Part shown: positions 29,375-38,143 of the stretch, piece by piece
Layout: the number at the start of each line of letters is the position of its first letter
How positions within the stretch are numbered: position 1 is the stretch's first letter
NCBI GenBank assembly: GCA_963677895.2
Contig: CAXXGJ010000038.1
Span: 373,512 to 437,511, forward strand
DNA from: Treponemataceae bacterium
GTDB taxonomy: Bacteria > Spirochaetota > Spirochaetia > Treponematales > Rectinemataceae
Reading direction: 5' to 3'
Length of the DNA: 64,000 nt
Notes under the pieces: generated by a model
Told to the model about the DNA's origin: nothing
What the model saw: only the letters and a program-made list of their open reading frames with translations
The model's database searches: none
Made by a program: the position numbers and the translations under genes

Positions 29375-31885
29375 ATGTCCAAGAGGTCAAAAAACGCTGC
29401 TCCTCTCTTCGTCTGGCTCTCGCTGGGCTTTGTCATCCTCCTGGGTGCGGGCTTCGGCGCGGCGCTGGGCGGTACCGTCAACACCATACGGAACGAAAAT
29501 TTCACCGAATTCAAATCGGCGCTTCCGACCAAACTTTACGATATAAAGGGAAGGCTCATCACCGAGTTCTTCTCCGAGGAAAAACGCAATCCCGTATCGA
29601 TAAGCGAGCTGCCTCCCCATCTCATCGGCGCATTCCTGACGCGCGAGGACAAGACCTTCTACTCGCACAGGGGCTTTACGCTCCGCTCGATAGCGCGCGC
29701 CGCTTTCGGCAAATTGATAGGAAAAAACCTGGGCGGCGGCTCGACCATCAGCCAGCAGCTCGCCGGCGATCTCTACGACGACCGCAAAGATATCTCTTTG
29801 CGCAGGAAACTCGTGGAACTCTGGTGGTCCCTGCAGATCGAACGCAGGTTCTCCAAGCCGGAAATCCTCGAAATGTACCTCAACAGGACAATCATGGGGG
29901 CGGGAGGCCTCTACGGCGTGGATGCCGCGAGCCAGTATTTCTTCGGCCATCCGGCCAAAGAATGCACCCCCGCCGAATCGGCGATCATCGCGATCCAGCT
30001 CTCCGGCCCTACCCTCTACAACCCCTTCAAAAATCCCCAGAACGCGCAGGCCCGTTCGAAAGTGCTCCTGGAACAGATGGTGGAGAACAAGGTTCTCTCC
30101 AGAGCCGAGGCGGAGGCTTCCTTCAACCTCTACTGGGACAATTTCGATTACACGAGGATCGCCTCGTCGGCGTATTACAGCCGCGAGGACAAAGCCCCCT
30201 GGTTCAGCGAGTATGTGAGGCGCCAGCTCGAGGAAGACCTCCTCTACGGCTCGGCCGATTTGTACTCCGACGGTCTGTCGGTCTACACCACTCTCGATCT
30301 CGATCAGCAGGAAATAGCCGACGCTTACATGAAACGGGGCATAGAAAGGGCGAACGCCTCGTATAAACGGGCTTCGTCCCAGCGTCTCTCCAAAGCCGAC
30401 GATATCTATACGCCCATCGTGGAACTGCTCGGCCTCTCTTTCAACCTCCATCCCCTCTTCGTCTCCGATTCCAAGAGCGAGGCTAAATCCTACGATTACT
30501 ATACCTCGAGGATAAACCCCACCCTCGACGCGGTATCCCTCCTCTTCGGCATGCCCGACCTGAAGCTGCTGGCCAACTCCGGCACGGCCAGGATAAAGAC
30601 CGACCTCGAAAAAACCATCGTGGAAGGTTCTCTGGTGACCATCGACAACACCACGGGGTATATAACGGCATTGATCGGCGGATCCAACTACAGCACCGCC
30701 AACCAGCTCATCAGGGCGACGCAGTCCAATGTCATGCCCGGATCCACCTTCAAGCCCCTCTACTATTCGGCGGCCATCGATTCCAAGAAGATCACCGAAG
30801 GAAGCCTCATCTACGACACTCCAACCATCTTCTACAACGAGGACGGGACTCCCTACATTCCATTGAATTTCAAGGGCGAGTGGAAGGGCAACGTGCTGGC
30901 CTGGAACGCCCTGGCCCATTCCATGAACGTTCCCTCGGTCAAGGTGCTCGAGACGGTGGGCTTCGACGCCGCCATCCAGAGGGCTGCCGCCCTTCTCGGC
31001 ATCACTGACCCCAAGGACATACAGAACACCTTCCCTCGGCTTTATCCGCTCGGGTTGGGCATCATCGGCGTCTCGCCGCTTCGCATGACGAGGGCTTATT
31101 CGGTATTCGCCAACGGCGGCAAGGCGGTGGAACCCATCGCCATACGCTATGTGGAAGACCGGAACGGCAACGTGATCCTGGAGCCGGAAAAGGAGATGCG
31201 GGAAAGGCTACGCGAGAAAAGCGGCGCCCTCCAGGTCGTGAGTCCGCAGAACGCCGCCGTCATGACCGATATGCTCAAGCGCGTCGTCTGGTCGGGCACC
31301 CTCGCGGGCGCGACCAACTCCGGAAACTCCATGAAACAGAAGGACGAAAAGGGCGATTCGTATACGATCCCCCTCGCGGGCAAGACGGGCACGACGGTGA
31401 ACTGGGCTGACGCGTGGACTGTTGGATTCAGCCCCTATTACACCACGGCGATCTGGTTTGGGTTCGACCGGCCCGGCAGCTCGCTGGGCGTCGAACAGAC
31501 GGGCGCTACCATAGCCGCCCCGATATGGGCCGACTTCATGAGGGATATTCACAAGGGTTTGGCGTACAAGAATTTCCCCTCGCCCCAGACCGGTCTTTCC
31601 AGCGTGACGGTCTGCGCCGTCTCGGGACTGCTTCCTACGCGATACTGCGACGAGGGTACGGTAAATCTTCTCTATCTGGACGGCACCCAGCCCATCAAGA
31701 GCTGCGATATCCACAAGGACAAGACCGAGAACGCCACGAATCTCTTCAATTTGATAACGGGAACCTCAACCACGGGAAGCGGCGACGGCTCTGCAGGAAA
31801 CGACACGGCCCTTACGACGCCGGACAGCATGTTGACGCTGCCCGATCTCGACACGACGATCAAGATCGATTTGCCGTCGTTCTGA
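29375..31885 (+). CDS. bifunctional class A penicillin-binding protein (PBP1A-type transglycosylase/transpeptidase)
   Basis: GT51 motifs are REDKTFYSHRGF, GGSTISQQL and RKLVELWWSLQIE. Transpeptidase motifs are STFK, SMN and KTGTT. I prefer the ATG at 29375 (MSKRSK + TM) to the TTG at 29339. Confidence 0.9.
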   Translation: MSKRSKNAAPLFVWLSLGFVILLGAGFGAALGGTVNTIRNENFTEFKSALPTKLYDIKGRLITEFFSEEKRNPVSISELPPHLIGAFLTREDKTFYSHRGFTLRSIARAAFGKLIGKNLGGGSTISQQLAGDLYDDRKDISLRRKLVELWWSLQIERRFSKPEILEMYLNRTIMGAGGLYGVDAASQYFFGHPAKECTPAESAIIAIQLSGPTLYNPFKNPQNAQARSKVLLEQMVENKVLSRAEAEASFNLYWDNFDYTRIASSAYYSREDKAPWFSEYVRRQLEEDLLYGSADLYSDGLSVYTTLDLDQQEIADAYMKRGIERANASYKRASSQRLSKADDIYTPIVELLGLSFNLHPLFVSDSKSEAKSYDYYTSRINPTLDAVSLLFGMPDLKLLANSGTARIKTDLEKTIVEGSLVTIDNTTGYITALIGGSNYSTANQLIRATQSNVMPGSTFKPLYYSAAIDSKKITEGSLIYDTPTIFYNEDGTPYIPLNFKGEWKGNVLAWNALAHSMNVPSVKVLETVGFDAAIQRAAALLGITDPKDIQNTFPRLYPLGLGIIGVSPLRMTRAYSVFANGGKAVEPIAIRYVEDRNGNVILEPEKEMRERLREKSGALQVVSPQNAAVMTDMLKRVVWSGTLAGATNSGNSMKQKDEKGDSYTIPLAGKTGTTVNWADAWTVGFSPYYTTAIWFGFDRPGSSLGVEQTGATIAAPIWADFMRDIHKGLAYKNFPSPQTGLSSVTVCAVSGLLPTRYCDEGTVNLLYLDGTQPIKSCDIHKDKTENATNLFNLITGTSTTGSGDGSAGNDTALTTPDSMLTLPDLDTTIKIDLPSF

Positions 31886-32381
31886 GAGCGCCGCGCCGGC
31901 TTGGAAGCGAGGACATAAGCAGCGAAGCCAGGAGCACTGCCAGCCCCGTCATCGCGGCGAGGATCTTGATCATCAGATCGGGAAGCCCGGTGGAAGAGCC
32001 CGCTCGAATGGGCTCATTATCCCGGCCGCGCGAAGGCTCGGCCGTCGCCTGCTGCGAAGAAGAGAAAATCACCATTCTCTCATCCTTGCGCAGATAGCCT
32101 ATCGATCTCGCCTCCTGGGCGATTCGGTCCGAATTCGAAGCCAGGGCTTTGCGCAGATCCTGGAGCTTGGCGTTTTCCTCGTTCAGGACGACGATTCTCT
32201 CGTTCATCTGTTGGATTCCCGATTTCATGTCCCTATAGGCTAACATTCCCGCCTGGCCGGCGAAGAATGAGACGATGCAGTATGTGATGATGCAGGCGCA
32301 GAGAGCGTTCGACAAAGCGTCACCCAGAGCCGACAGGCCTCTGCCTGCCGGGTTGCGAAGTTGTGTTTCACCCATTATCAT
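31860..32381 (-). CDS. FtsB/DivIC-like septum formation initiator protein
   Basis: An N-terminal TM helix is followed by the coiled coil NEENAKLQDLRKALASNSDRIAQEARSIGYLRKDE and a second C-terminal hydrophobic segment. The 3' end overlaps the PBP1A 3' end by 26 nt. Confidence 0.55.
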   Translation of the reverse strand: MIMGETQLRNPAGRGLSALGDALSNALCACIITYCIVSFFAGQAGMLAYRDMKSGIQQMNERIVVLNEENAKLQDLRKALASNSDRIAQEARSIGYLRKDERMVIFSSSQQATAEPSRGRDNEPIRAGSSTGLPDLMIKILAAMTGLAVLLASLLMSSLPSRRGALRTTANRS

Positions 32382-32417
32382 GATTTACGGTACAAACGCT
32401 TAGCCGCTTTAATAATA

Positions 32418-32478
32418 TTGACAGGCTGGCCCGACGGCTCTAGATTTGTCTTGTAAAGCCTTTCGTTCCTGATATAAT
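32418..32478 (+). promoter_or_regulatory. tandem sigma70-like promoters upstream of the acidic protein gene
   Basis: TTGACA-17 nt-TAGATT spans 32418-32446, and TTGTAA-16 nt-TATAAT spans 32451-32478. GGGGAG lies 8 nt before the GTG at 32502. Confidence 0.45.
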
Positions 32479-32501
32479 AATTCCATAGGGGAGATTTCAC
32501 A

Positions 32502-33131
32502 GTGGGACAACAAAGTCAGGCGCATAAATCCTCGACCATCGATGCGCGGGAGGAACTTTTGGACGACGGAGTCTTCCTCAGCCCGGAAGAGACTGATGCC
32601 ATCCTCTCCTCGCTCGAAAAAATCGACCAGAAACTGCTTTGGAATCCGCCGGTTTCCGGCTCCGACGAGGAAGGCGTTTTCATAGCCCCAGAGGACATCG
32701 AAGGACAGAGCCGTCCCGAAGATGAGGAAGCGACAATGCCCGATGCCCCTTCACCGCTGCCTCCAGCCCGCGTCCAGGGAACGGCGCGCGGCGGAGAATC
32801 CCTTCAGTCCGACCTTCTCTCGAGAATCGCCGGCGAACTGAGATCCATAAAGCTGGAGCTCGGTACGCTGAAAAATACCTATGACGACATGATCTCCAAG
32901 GCTTCTTCCATCTCCGCCGGCGCTCGGCCGGAGAAAATCGAAGGCGCCGAGGCCGAAGCGGAGAATTCCGGGCGGCCCCTGCCCCAGGAGACGATGGCCG
33001 ATCTCAAAAAGCTGCTTGGCTATCTGGACAGACTCTTGGAATCCCTTCCCGAGGAAAAAATCGACGAATTTGCCCGGTCGGAGTACTTTGAGTTGTATAG
33101 AAAAATATTCGAATTCCTGGATCTCGTCTGA
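32502..33131 (+). CDS. hypothetical acidic protein
   Basis: The 209 aa protein is Glu/Asp-rich with a conserved-looking C-terminus, LPEEKIDEFARSEYFELYRKIFEFLDLV. It has a good promoter and RBS. I recognise no family. Confidence 0.55.
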   Translation: MGQQSQAHKSSTIDAREELLDDGVFLSPEETDAILSSLEKIDQKLLWNPPVSGSDEEGVFIAPEDIEGQSRPEDEEATMPDAPSPLPPARVQGTARGGESLQSDLLSRIAGELRSIKLELGTLKNTYDDMISKASSISAGARPEKIEGAEAEAENSGRPLPQETMADLKKLLGYLDRLLESLPEEKIDEFARSEYFELYRKIFEFLDLV

Positions 33132-33183
33132 AAAATCCCTTTCTCCCCGACATTCTTCCCCATTGAGCCCGCCTTCCGGCTGT

Positions 33184-34875
33184 TCAATCGAGAAAAAATG
33201 TGGTGCCCGCGCCGAAACCATAGGTTGATTTCAGCCATTCATCGAGCATCCTGGCCTTTTTTTCGAACTCAAGCCCGTATTTTTCCATATAGAGCGCGAT
33301 GGGAGCTTCCAGCTCGGGGTGATTTTCGAGAAGTCGCTCGGGCAATGTCTTGGTAAAATATTCCCCGGCATTTTTAGGCGCCTGCTGGAGGAGATAGGCC
33401 TGGACCTCGTTGGCCATGAGGGAAGCCGAATTCGTGTCGTAGTTCATCCATCCGAAATAAAGAACCCAGAACCACTTCTCCTCCTTGGACATGCCGTTCC
33501 AGAGGGAAACGCAGAAATTACGGTAGCTGGCGTCGGTGAAGTAAACGGCATGGGAGGATTCATGGGTGAGGAAACGATGGCGAAGATAGGAATCCGATTC
33601 CTGGGTTATCGAGATGATGGCGCCGTTCCGGCTTCCAAAGCCATTGCCCTTCTTCGTGAGGAGGCCTTTTTCGACAAGAAAATCCCTGAGACGAAGTTCT
33701 TCAGCGCTCAAGGGAAAATCGCTTTTCCCGGCGGCCGTAAAGAACTTGGCCAGGTCCTCGGCCTTGTAATCGTGGGCATTCCAGCCGTGGAGGGAGGCGA
33801 TCTCCTCGTCCTTCGCCAGCCTGCCGACGAAACCTCTCTTTTCGACGAAGAAAGCTAGCCGTTTGAGGTAGGCGTCCTGGACCGCGTAATCCCTGAAATC
33901 GAACATCAGGACATCGGGAAGGAGATCCCAGCGGTACCACGCGAAATCCTCCCTCTCCGAAAGAAGAGGCTGGAGCAGCACGACGCCGGGATCCACGCGG
34001 GAGACGATTTCCTGGGGAAGCGCCTCGATATAGGCTGCTTCCAGCTGGATTTCGTCGGGAACGAGGATAGTCATGCGGGCTTGGCTCGAAGCGTCGGCAA
34101 AAACCGATGAAGGAATGACGAATTCCTTCTTGGCGCTCGCGCCGTTGGCGACAATCTTCCTGCCGGCTTCTATGACGATGTCGGCATCGGCGCGCTTGGC
34201 GTACCTGATGACGAGGGCCGTCGACAGCCCCTTTTCCTTCTCCGCCGCGTCTTGGCCGGAGAAAGGAATTTCCAGCTCCCAAAGGTTCGCGGAGGCACCC
34301 TTGCGATCGATGGTTATGCCGTCGGAAATCCTGTAGCCGCCCCTGACCTTGCGTTCATACCCCCTGAAAGCCGGGAGGATGGATACGGAATCCAACTCTA
34401 CAAGAGGCGTATCTTCCTTCGCGTCCGCGGCGGGGTTTGCCGGGGCGGCCACGTTTACGGAAAGCATCCTCACCGCCGAGGCAGCCGGAATACTGAGATA
34501 GAAAACCGTAGCGCCTGGCCTGGCCGCGAAACGGACTTCCTGTCCGGCATTTTTCGCGTCGGCTGAGAGGGAGAGACTCACGAGGATGTTTTCCTGCTTT
34601 ACCGTCATGCTTACGGCTACCATGAACCCCCGACCAATCCGCAGAGGTTTCCGCAGGGTATAGGAATTTTTTGGCCTCGCCAGGCTGAAGGTGTTTTCCT
34701 CCCCCTTGGGAAAGTCCGCTTTCTGGGCGAAAGGTAGGTTCTCGCCCGAGGCGGATTTCCACGCGAAGGATGAAATCTCCGCGCTCGAGCAGGAATGGAG
34801 GAGAAAGGCAAAGGCAAAAACGGCGGCTATGTGGATGGATTTTGGGCGCCGATTGGCCAAAGGGAATATATTCAT
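33184..34875 (-). CDS. putative lipoprotein with C-terminal HExxH (zincin-like) motif
   Basis: The signal plus relaxed lipobox is AFAFLLHSC. HExxH lies in RHRFLTHESSHAVYF, with a downstream Glu in MANEVQAY. The protein is 563 aa. Confidence 0.6.
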   Translation of the reverse strand: MNIFPLANRRPKSIHIAAVFAFAFLLHSCSSAEISSFAWKSASGENLPFAQKADFPKGEENTFSLARPKNSYTLRKPLRIGRGFMVAVSMTVKQENILVSLSLSADAKNAGQEVRFAARPGATVFYLSIPAASAVRMLSVNVAAPANPAADAKEDTPLVELDSVSILPAFRGYERKVRGGYRISDGITIDRKGASANLWELEIPFSGQDAAEKEKGLSTALVIRYAKRADADIVIEAGRKIVANGASAKKEFVIPSSVFADASSQARMTILVPDEIQLEAAYIEALPQEIVSRVDPGVVLLQPLLSEREDFAWYRWDLLPDVLMFDFRDYAVQDAYLKRLAFFVEKRGFVGRLAKDEEIASLHGWNAHDYKAEDLAKFFTAAGKSDFPLSAEELRLRDFLVEKGLLTKKGNGFGSRNGAIISITQESDSYLRHRFLTHESSHAVYFTDASYRNFCVSLWNGMSKEEKWFWVLYFGWMNYDTNSASLMANEVQAYLLQQAPKNAGEYFTKTLPERLLENHPELEAPIALYMEKYGLEFEKKARMLDEWLKSTYGFGAGTTFFLD

Positions 34876-34892
34876 GCTTCAGGCATCTCCAA

Positions 34893-35663
34893 TCAGCGCA
34901 GCGAAAGCACCGAACTGGCCAGCATCCTCGCAATCTCGAAACGCTTGCCTGGCGACATTTCGCACTCTTTCTGCAGCAGCGCCTCCCAGGTCGTCCAGAA
35001 TCCTTCGGGGACTACGGGAAGCAGGCGCAGATGCTCTTCGATATCCCGGTGGGAAGGCTCGAACTGCTTGTTCACCATGAAAACGCTGGCCGCCGCATAG
35101 CGGAAGAAACCGGCTTCCGAGAGAATGAGGAAAAACTTATCGTCGGAAAAGGAGGCGGCGCCCATATCGGAGAGATAGTGCTCCATCTTGGAGCTGAAGC
35201 TGTCCCAGAGAGCTTCCCATGCTGTATCCGGAAAGTTCTCGAGATCGAGACGTATCTTGTCGATCCACCCCGTGGCGCTGAAGATAACCTTGTTGTTTTT
35301 AAGGCGGTAGAAGGGATAGGTACCCGAATTCTTGAGAAGCTTCAGATGATGGTCAGGCTGCGCTATCATCTTGTTCATCAGGCTTATGTCTTTGTACTCT
35401 ATGCGGACGGGCATTTCCTGAAGGAAAAATCTGTCCTTCGTCATTCCCGCGGCCGTCTCGAAATCCCCGGGGTCGCCGAAGGCATCCCTTCGTTTTTCGG
35501 AAGAAGGCACGGGGCCGCTGCAATATACATCGATGACCAGGGCGAAGTAGGGATCATAAGCGAAAACTTCCGACCTGGGATCCATGGTGATGCATTCGAC
35601 GTTGCTCCACCCCGAAATGGTTTCCTTGAGAAAATTGGTCAGCGCTTCTACCTTGTGTTCCAT
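34893..35663 (-). CDS. hypothetical cytoplasmic protein (possible degenerate nucleotidyltransferase-like fold)
   Basis: The 256 aa ORF lies 17 nt upstream of the lipoprotein gene on the same strand. The FALVIDVY strand pattern and helical C-terminal half support only a weak fold guess. Confidence 0.5.
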   Translation of the reverse strand: MEHKVEALTNFLKETISGWSNVECITMDPRSEVFAYDPYFALVIDVYCSGPVPSSEKRRDAFGDPGDFETAAGMTKDRFFLQEMPVRIEYKDISLMNKMIAQPDHHLKLLKNSGTYPFYRLKNNKVIFSATGWIDKIRLDLENFPDTAWEALWDSFSSKMEHYLSDMGAASFSDDKFFLILSEAGFFRYAAASVFMVNKQFEPSHRDIEEHLRLLPVVPEGFWTTWEALLQKECEMSPGKRFEIARMLASSVLSLR

Positions 35664-35726
35664 AGTCGTCCACCTTTACGATCTCTAGGCTAAAATAGTA
35701 CCATAGAATTTCTGCAAGTTCCATCG

Positions 35727-36278
35727 ATGAAAGGGAGAGGAATGGCAATTTTCGCGATCGCGCTCGTGCCGGAAGGCAATATAATCCGCTCGATACGGGA
35801 AATACGCTCATTCGCCTTCAGATCCGGCGACAGTCCCGAAGCTTCGGCGCTGCCGGAAGCCATCTACCTCGGGTTTTATTCGAAAAAGGGTTCGGGAATA
35901 GCCGCGAGCGGCGTTAAATCGTTCAGGAATAATGCCCATTGCCTTTTCACCGATCTCCCTCCCCTCCTTCGTTTCTCATCCGCCGCCTTCGTCGACGGGA
36001 AATGGTATATAGTCCCGGAAACGCCTTTTTCCGGGGGAATCCTCGCGGCGGCCGATAGTATCGCCAGGGAAAATGGCCTCAGTCCCATGGATTCGCCGCC
36101 TCTTTCGCCGGGAAGAGGTTTTTTCGCGGGAAATAATGTTACGCCGCCCCCTTTCGGCGCATTTTCATTTCGGCACCTGGACGCATTGCTCTACAGGATA
36201 GAGAGCGACAGCCGGGATCTGGACCGGGCGTGGTGGACAACGCTTGCCCGGACATCGCGCCGGATCGGCGTCCGCTGA
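35727..36278 (+). CDS. hypothetical protein
   Basis: The 183 aa ORF is divergent from the 34893-35663 gene. The N-terminus MAIFAIALVPEG resembles the 2H-phosphoesterase start, but no HxT/S motifs are visible. The start may be the ATG at 35742. Confidence 0.45.
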   Translation: MKGRGMAIFAIALVPEGNIIRSIREIRSFAFRSGDSPEASALPEAIYLGFYSKKGSGIAASGVKSFRNNAHCLFTDLPPLLRFSSAAFVDGKWYIVPETPFSGGILAAADSIARENGLSPMDSPPLSPGRGFFAGNNVTPPPFGAFSFRHLDALLYRIESDSRDLDRAWWTTLARTSRRIGVR

Positions 36279-36387
36279 TACCGGTGCGCACTTATGCCGC
36301 GCGCCGTGGTGAAGACAAAGCCTTCCGTGCTATAGTGCCGCATCAGGCTCTCGCATTGTTTGCCGTTCCGATGTTTGTGGAGGAAAG

Positions 36388-36990
36388 ATGAAACGAAAGA
36401 TTGCCGCTGTCGGTCTGCTCACGCTTCTTGTCGCCTTGCCCCTTTTCGCGCAGGGTGGCGGTGAAAACCAGGATTATTTTGGAGGCCTGCACAGAAAAGG
36501 CAGCCAGATCATATCGCTCACCACAGGCGCCGGAGTACCGCTTTTCATACTCCCCGCCGACGCTCTCGCGACGGAAACCACGCCGTTGGGCGTGGGCGCC
36601 TCATTCAGCCTGGGATATCAGTATTTTGTGGCCAATAGGTTCACCATCGGAGGCTCGCTCTGCGGAGCCTTCAACACCACGGTGGGCGGGCGGACGCTTT
36701 TCGTGGCGCCGGTCGCCTTCAGGCTAGGTTACTGGTGGGGCAAGGAACCGATGGAATACACGGTGGGACTGGATGTCGGAGCCACCGTCCTCAGACTGTC
36801 GGGGGATGGCACGATCAGCCCCTTCGCGAAACTCGGAGGCGGCGTTTTCACCCAGGTAAGCGAGGCATGGAGCCTTGGTGGGCAAGTGTTCTGGTGGCTG
36901 ATCCCCGAACTGCACTTCGGCGTCCACAGCGACCTCACCAGATATGCCAACTTCCTCGAAATCTCCGTCGGCGCCGTCTACCACTTCTAG
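36388..36990 (+). CDS. small outer-membrane beta-barrel protein
   Basis: A signal peptide (ALPLFA-QGG) is followed by alternating aromatic/Gly beta-strand pattern. The C-terminus VGAVYHF ends in a terminal Phe. GGAGG lies before the ATG. Confidence 0.6.
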   Translation: MKRKIAAVGLLTLLVALPLFAQGGGENQDYFGGLHRKGSQIISLTTGAGVPLFILPADALATETTPLGVGASFSLGYQYFVANRFTIGGSLCGAFNTTVGGRTLFVAPVAFRLGYWWGKEPMEYTVGLDVGATVLRLSGDGTISPFAKLGGGVFTQVSEAWSLGGQVFWWLIPELHFGVHSDLTRYANFLEISVGAVYHF

Positions 36991-37001
36991 GAGCGAGAAC
37001 A

Positions 37002-38141
37002 ATGAAAATTAAACAACTGAACGTTGCGTTTCTGACAATTCTCGCCGTCGCTGCAAGCGTCGCCTTCGCGGCCTGCGACAACAGTTTCGGCGTCTTTCAT
37101 GAGATCCAGACCGAGAAAGCCCAGGTGGGCACGGACGTATTCAAGAATGTCACCGTCAAGGCCCTGGCCGAGGACGGCAGCAATTACTACGCGGCGATGG
37201 CCAAGGTTTTCTATCAGCCGACCGGTGGTGGCACATGGACCGTCCTCTCCGTGAACGGCGACACCGACTATTACTGCGTGGGGCTCGCCTCGGATGGCGC
37301 GGGAACCCTCTACGTGGCGACCGCCGACAAATCCACGACGGCCCTCAAGGGAATCTACTCCACCGCCAATTCGGGCTCCAGCTGGACCAAGATGGACAGC
37401 GGCGAATTCGCGGCGAAGATCGTTGATTCTCTTTTTTACGCCAACGGAACGCTTTTCGCGGCCGCCCATACCGATACGGAATCGAGCGATACCTATTACC
37501 TCTACTATTGGGACACTGTGACCTCCAGTTTTCTGGCCGCTACATTTCCAAGCGCCCTCGATACCTCCATAACAGGGTTGGTCTATGGCGGCTCCGCGTA
37601 TTGGGCCATGACATCGGGTATGCTCTATACGAGTACGGGGTCACCATTCACTTTTGCCTCAGACGGCACGGGCGGCACGCCTTCTTCGGCCAAGACACTC
37701 TGCGGTATCGCCGCGGATTCATCGGCCAATGTCCTTGTGACGACTACCGACGGCTATCTCTACACCTACGCTTCCTCAGCGTGGTCTTCCGATCTCCTCG
37801 CTTCCAGCGTGACACTGGGCGTCCTCGCCGAAGTTCCCATCGACGATGCGGCCAGCGCCTACCGCCTCCTCGTGGCCAAGCATAATTCCGGATACGGCTA
37901 CTATGAATATGATGCCGTCACGAAGGCCGACCCAATCGCCGGAAACAACGCCGACGCCATTTTCGCGCCCACCGCGAGTTCTTACACGACGACCATCTAC
38001 ACGAAGCCGGTCATGGCCTTTCACTATTCCGCGACGAACAAGACCCTTCTGATAGGGCTAGCCGCCCAGAGCACGGATACCTACGCGCTCTATTCCAATA
38101 CGGTGAGCGGAAGCACCTGGTCCGGCTGGACCGCGGAATAG
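37002..38141 (+). CDS. lipoprotein with Asp-box/BNR-like repeats (beta-propeller-like)
   Basis: The internal ATG at 37002 gives MKIKQLNVAFLTILAVAASVAFAAC (lipobox). Repeated GGGTW / SGSSW / SGSTW Asp-box-like motifs are present. The gene starts 11 nt after the barrel gene. Confidence 0.6.
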   Translation: MKIKQLNVAFLTILAVAASVAFAACDNSFGVFHEIQTEKAQVGTDVFKNVTVKALAEDGSNYYAAMAKVFYQPTGGGTWTVLSVNGDTDYYCVGLASDGAGTLYVATADKSTTALKGIYSTANSGSSWTKMDSGEFAAKIVDSLFYANGTLFAAAHTDTESSDTYYLYYWDTVTSSFLAATFPSALDTSITGLVYGGSAYWAMTSGMLYTSTGSPFTFASDGTGGTPSSAKTLCGIAADSSANVLVTTTDGYLYTYASSAWSSDLLASSVTLGVLAEVPIDDAASAYRLLVAKHNSGYGYYEYDAVTKADPIAGNNADAIFAPTASSYTTTIYTKPVMAFHYSATNKTLLIGLAAQSTDTYALYSNTVSGSTWSGWTAE

Positions 38142-38143
38142 AC

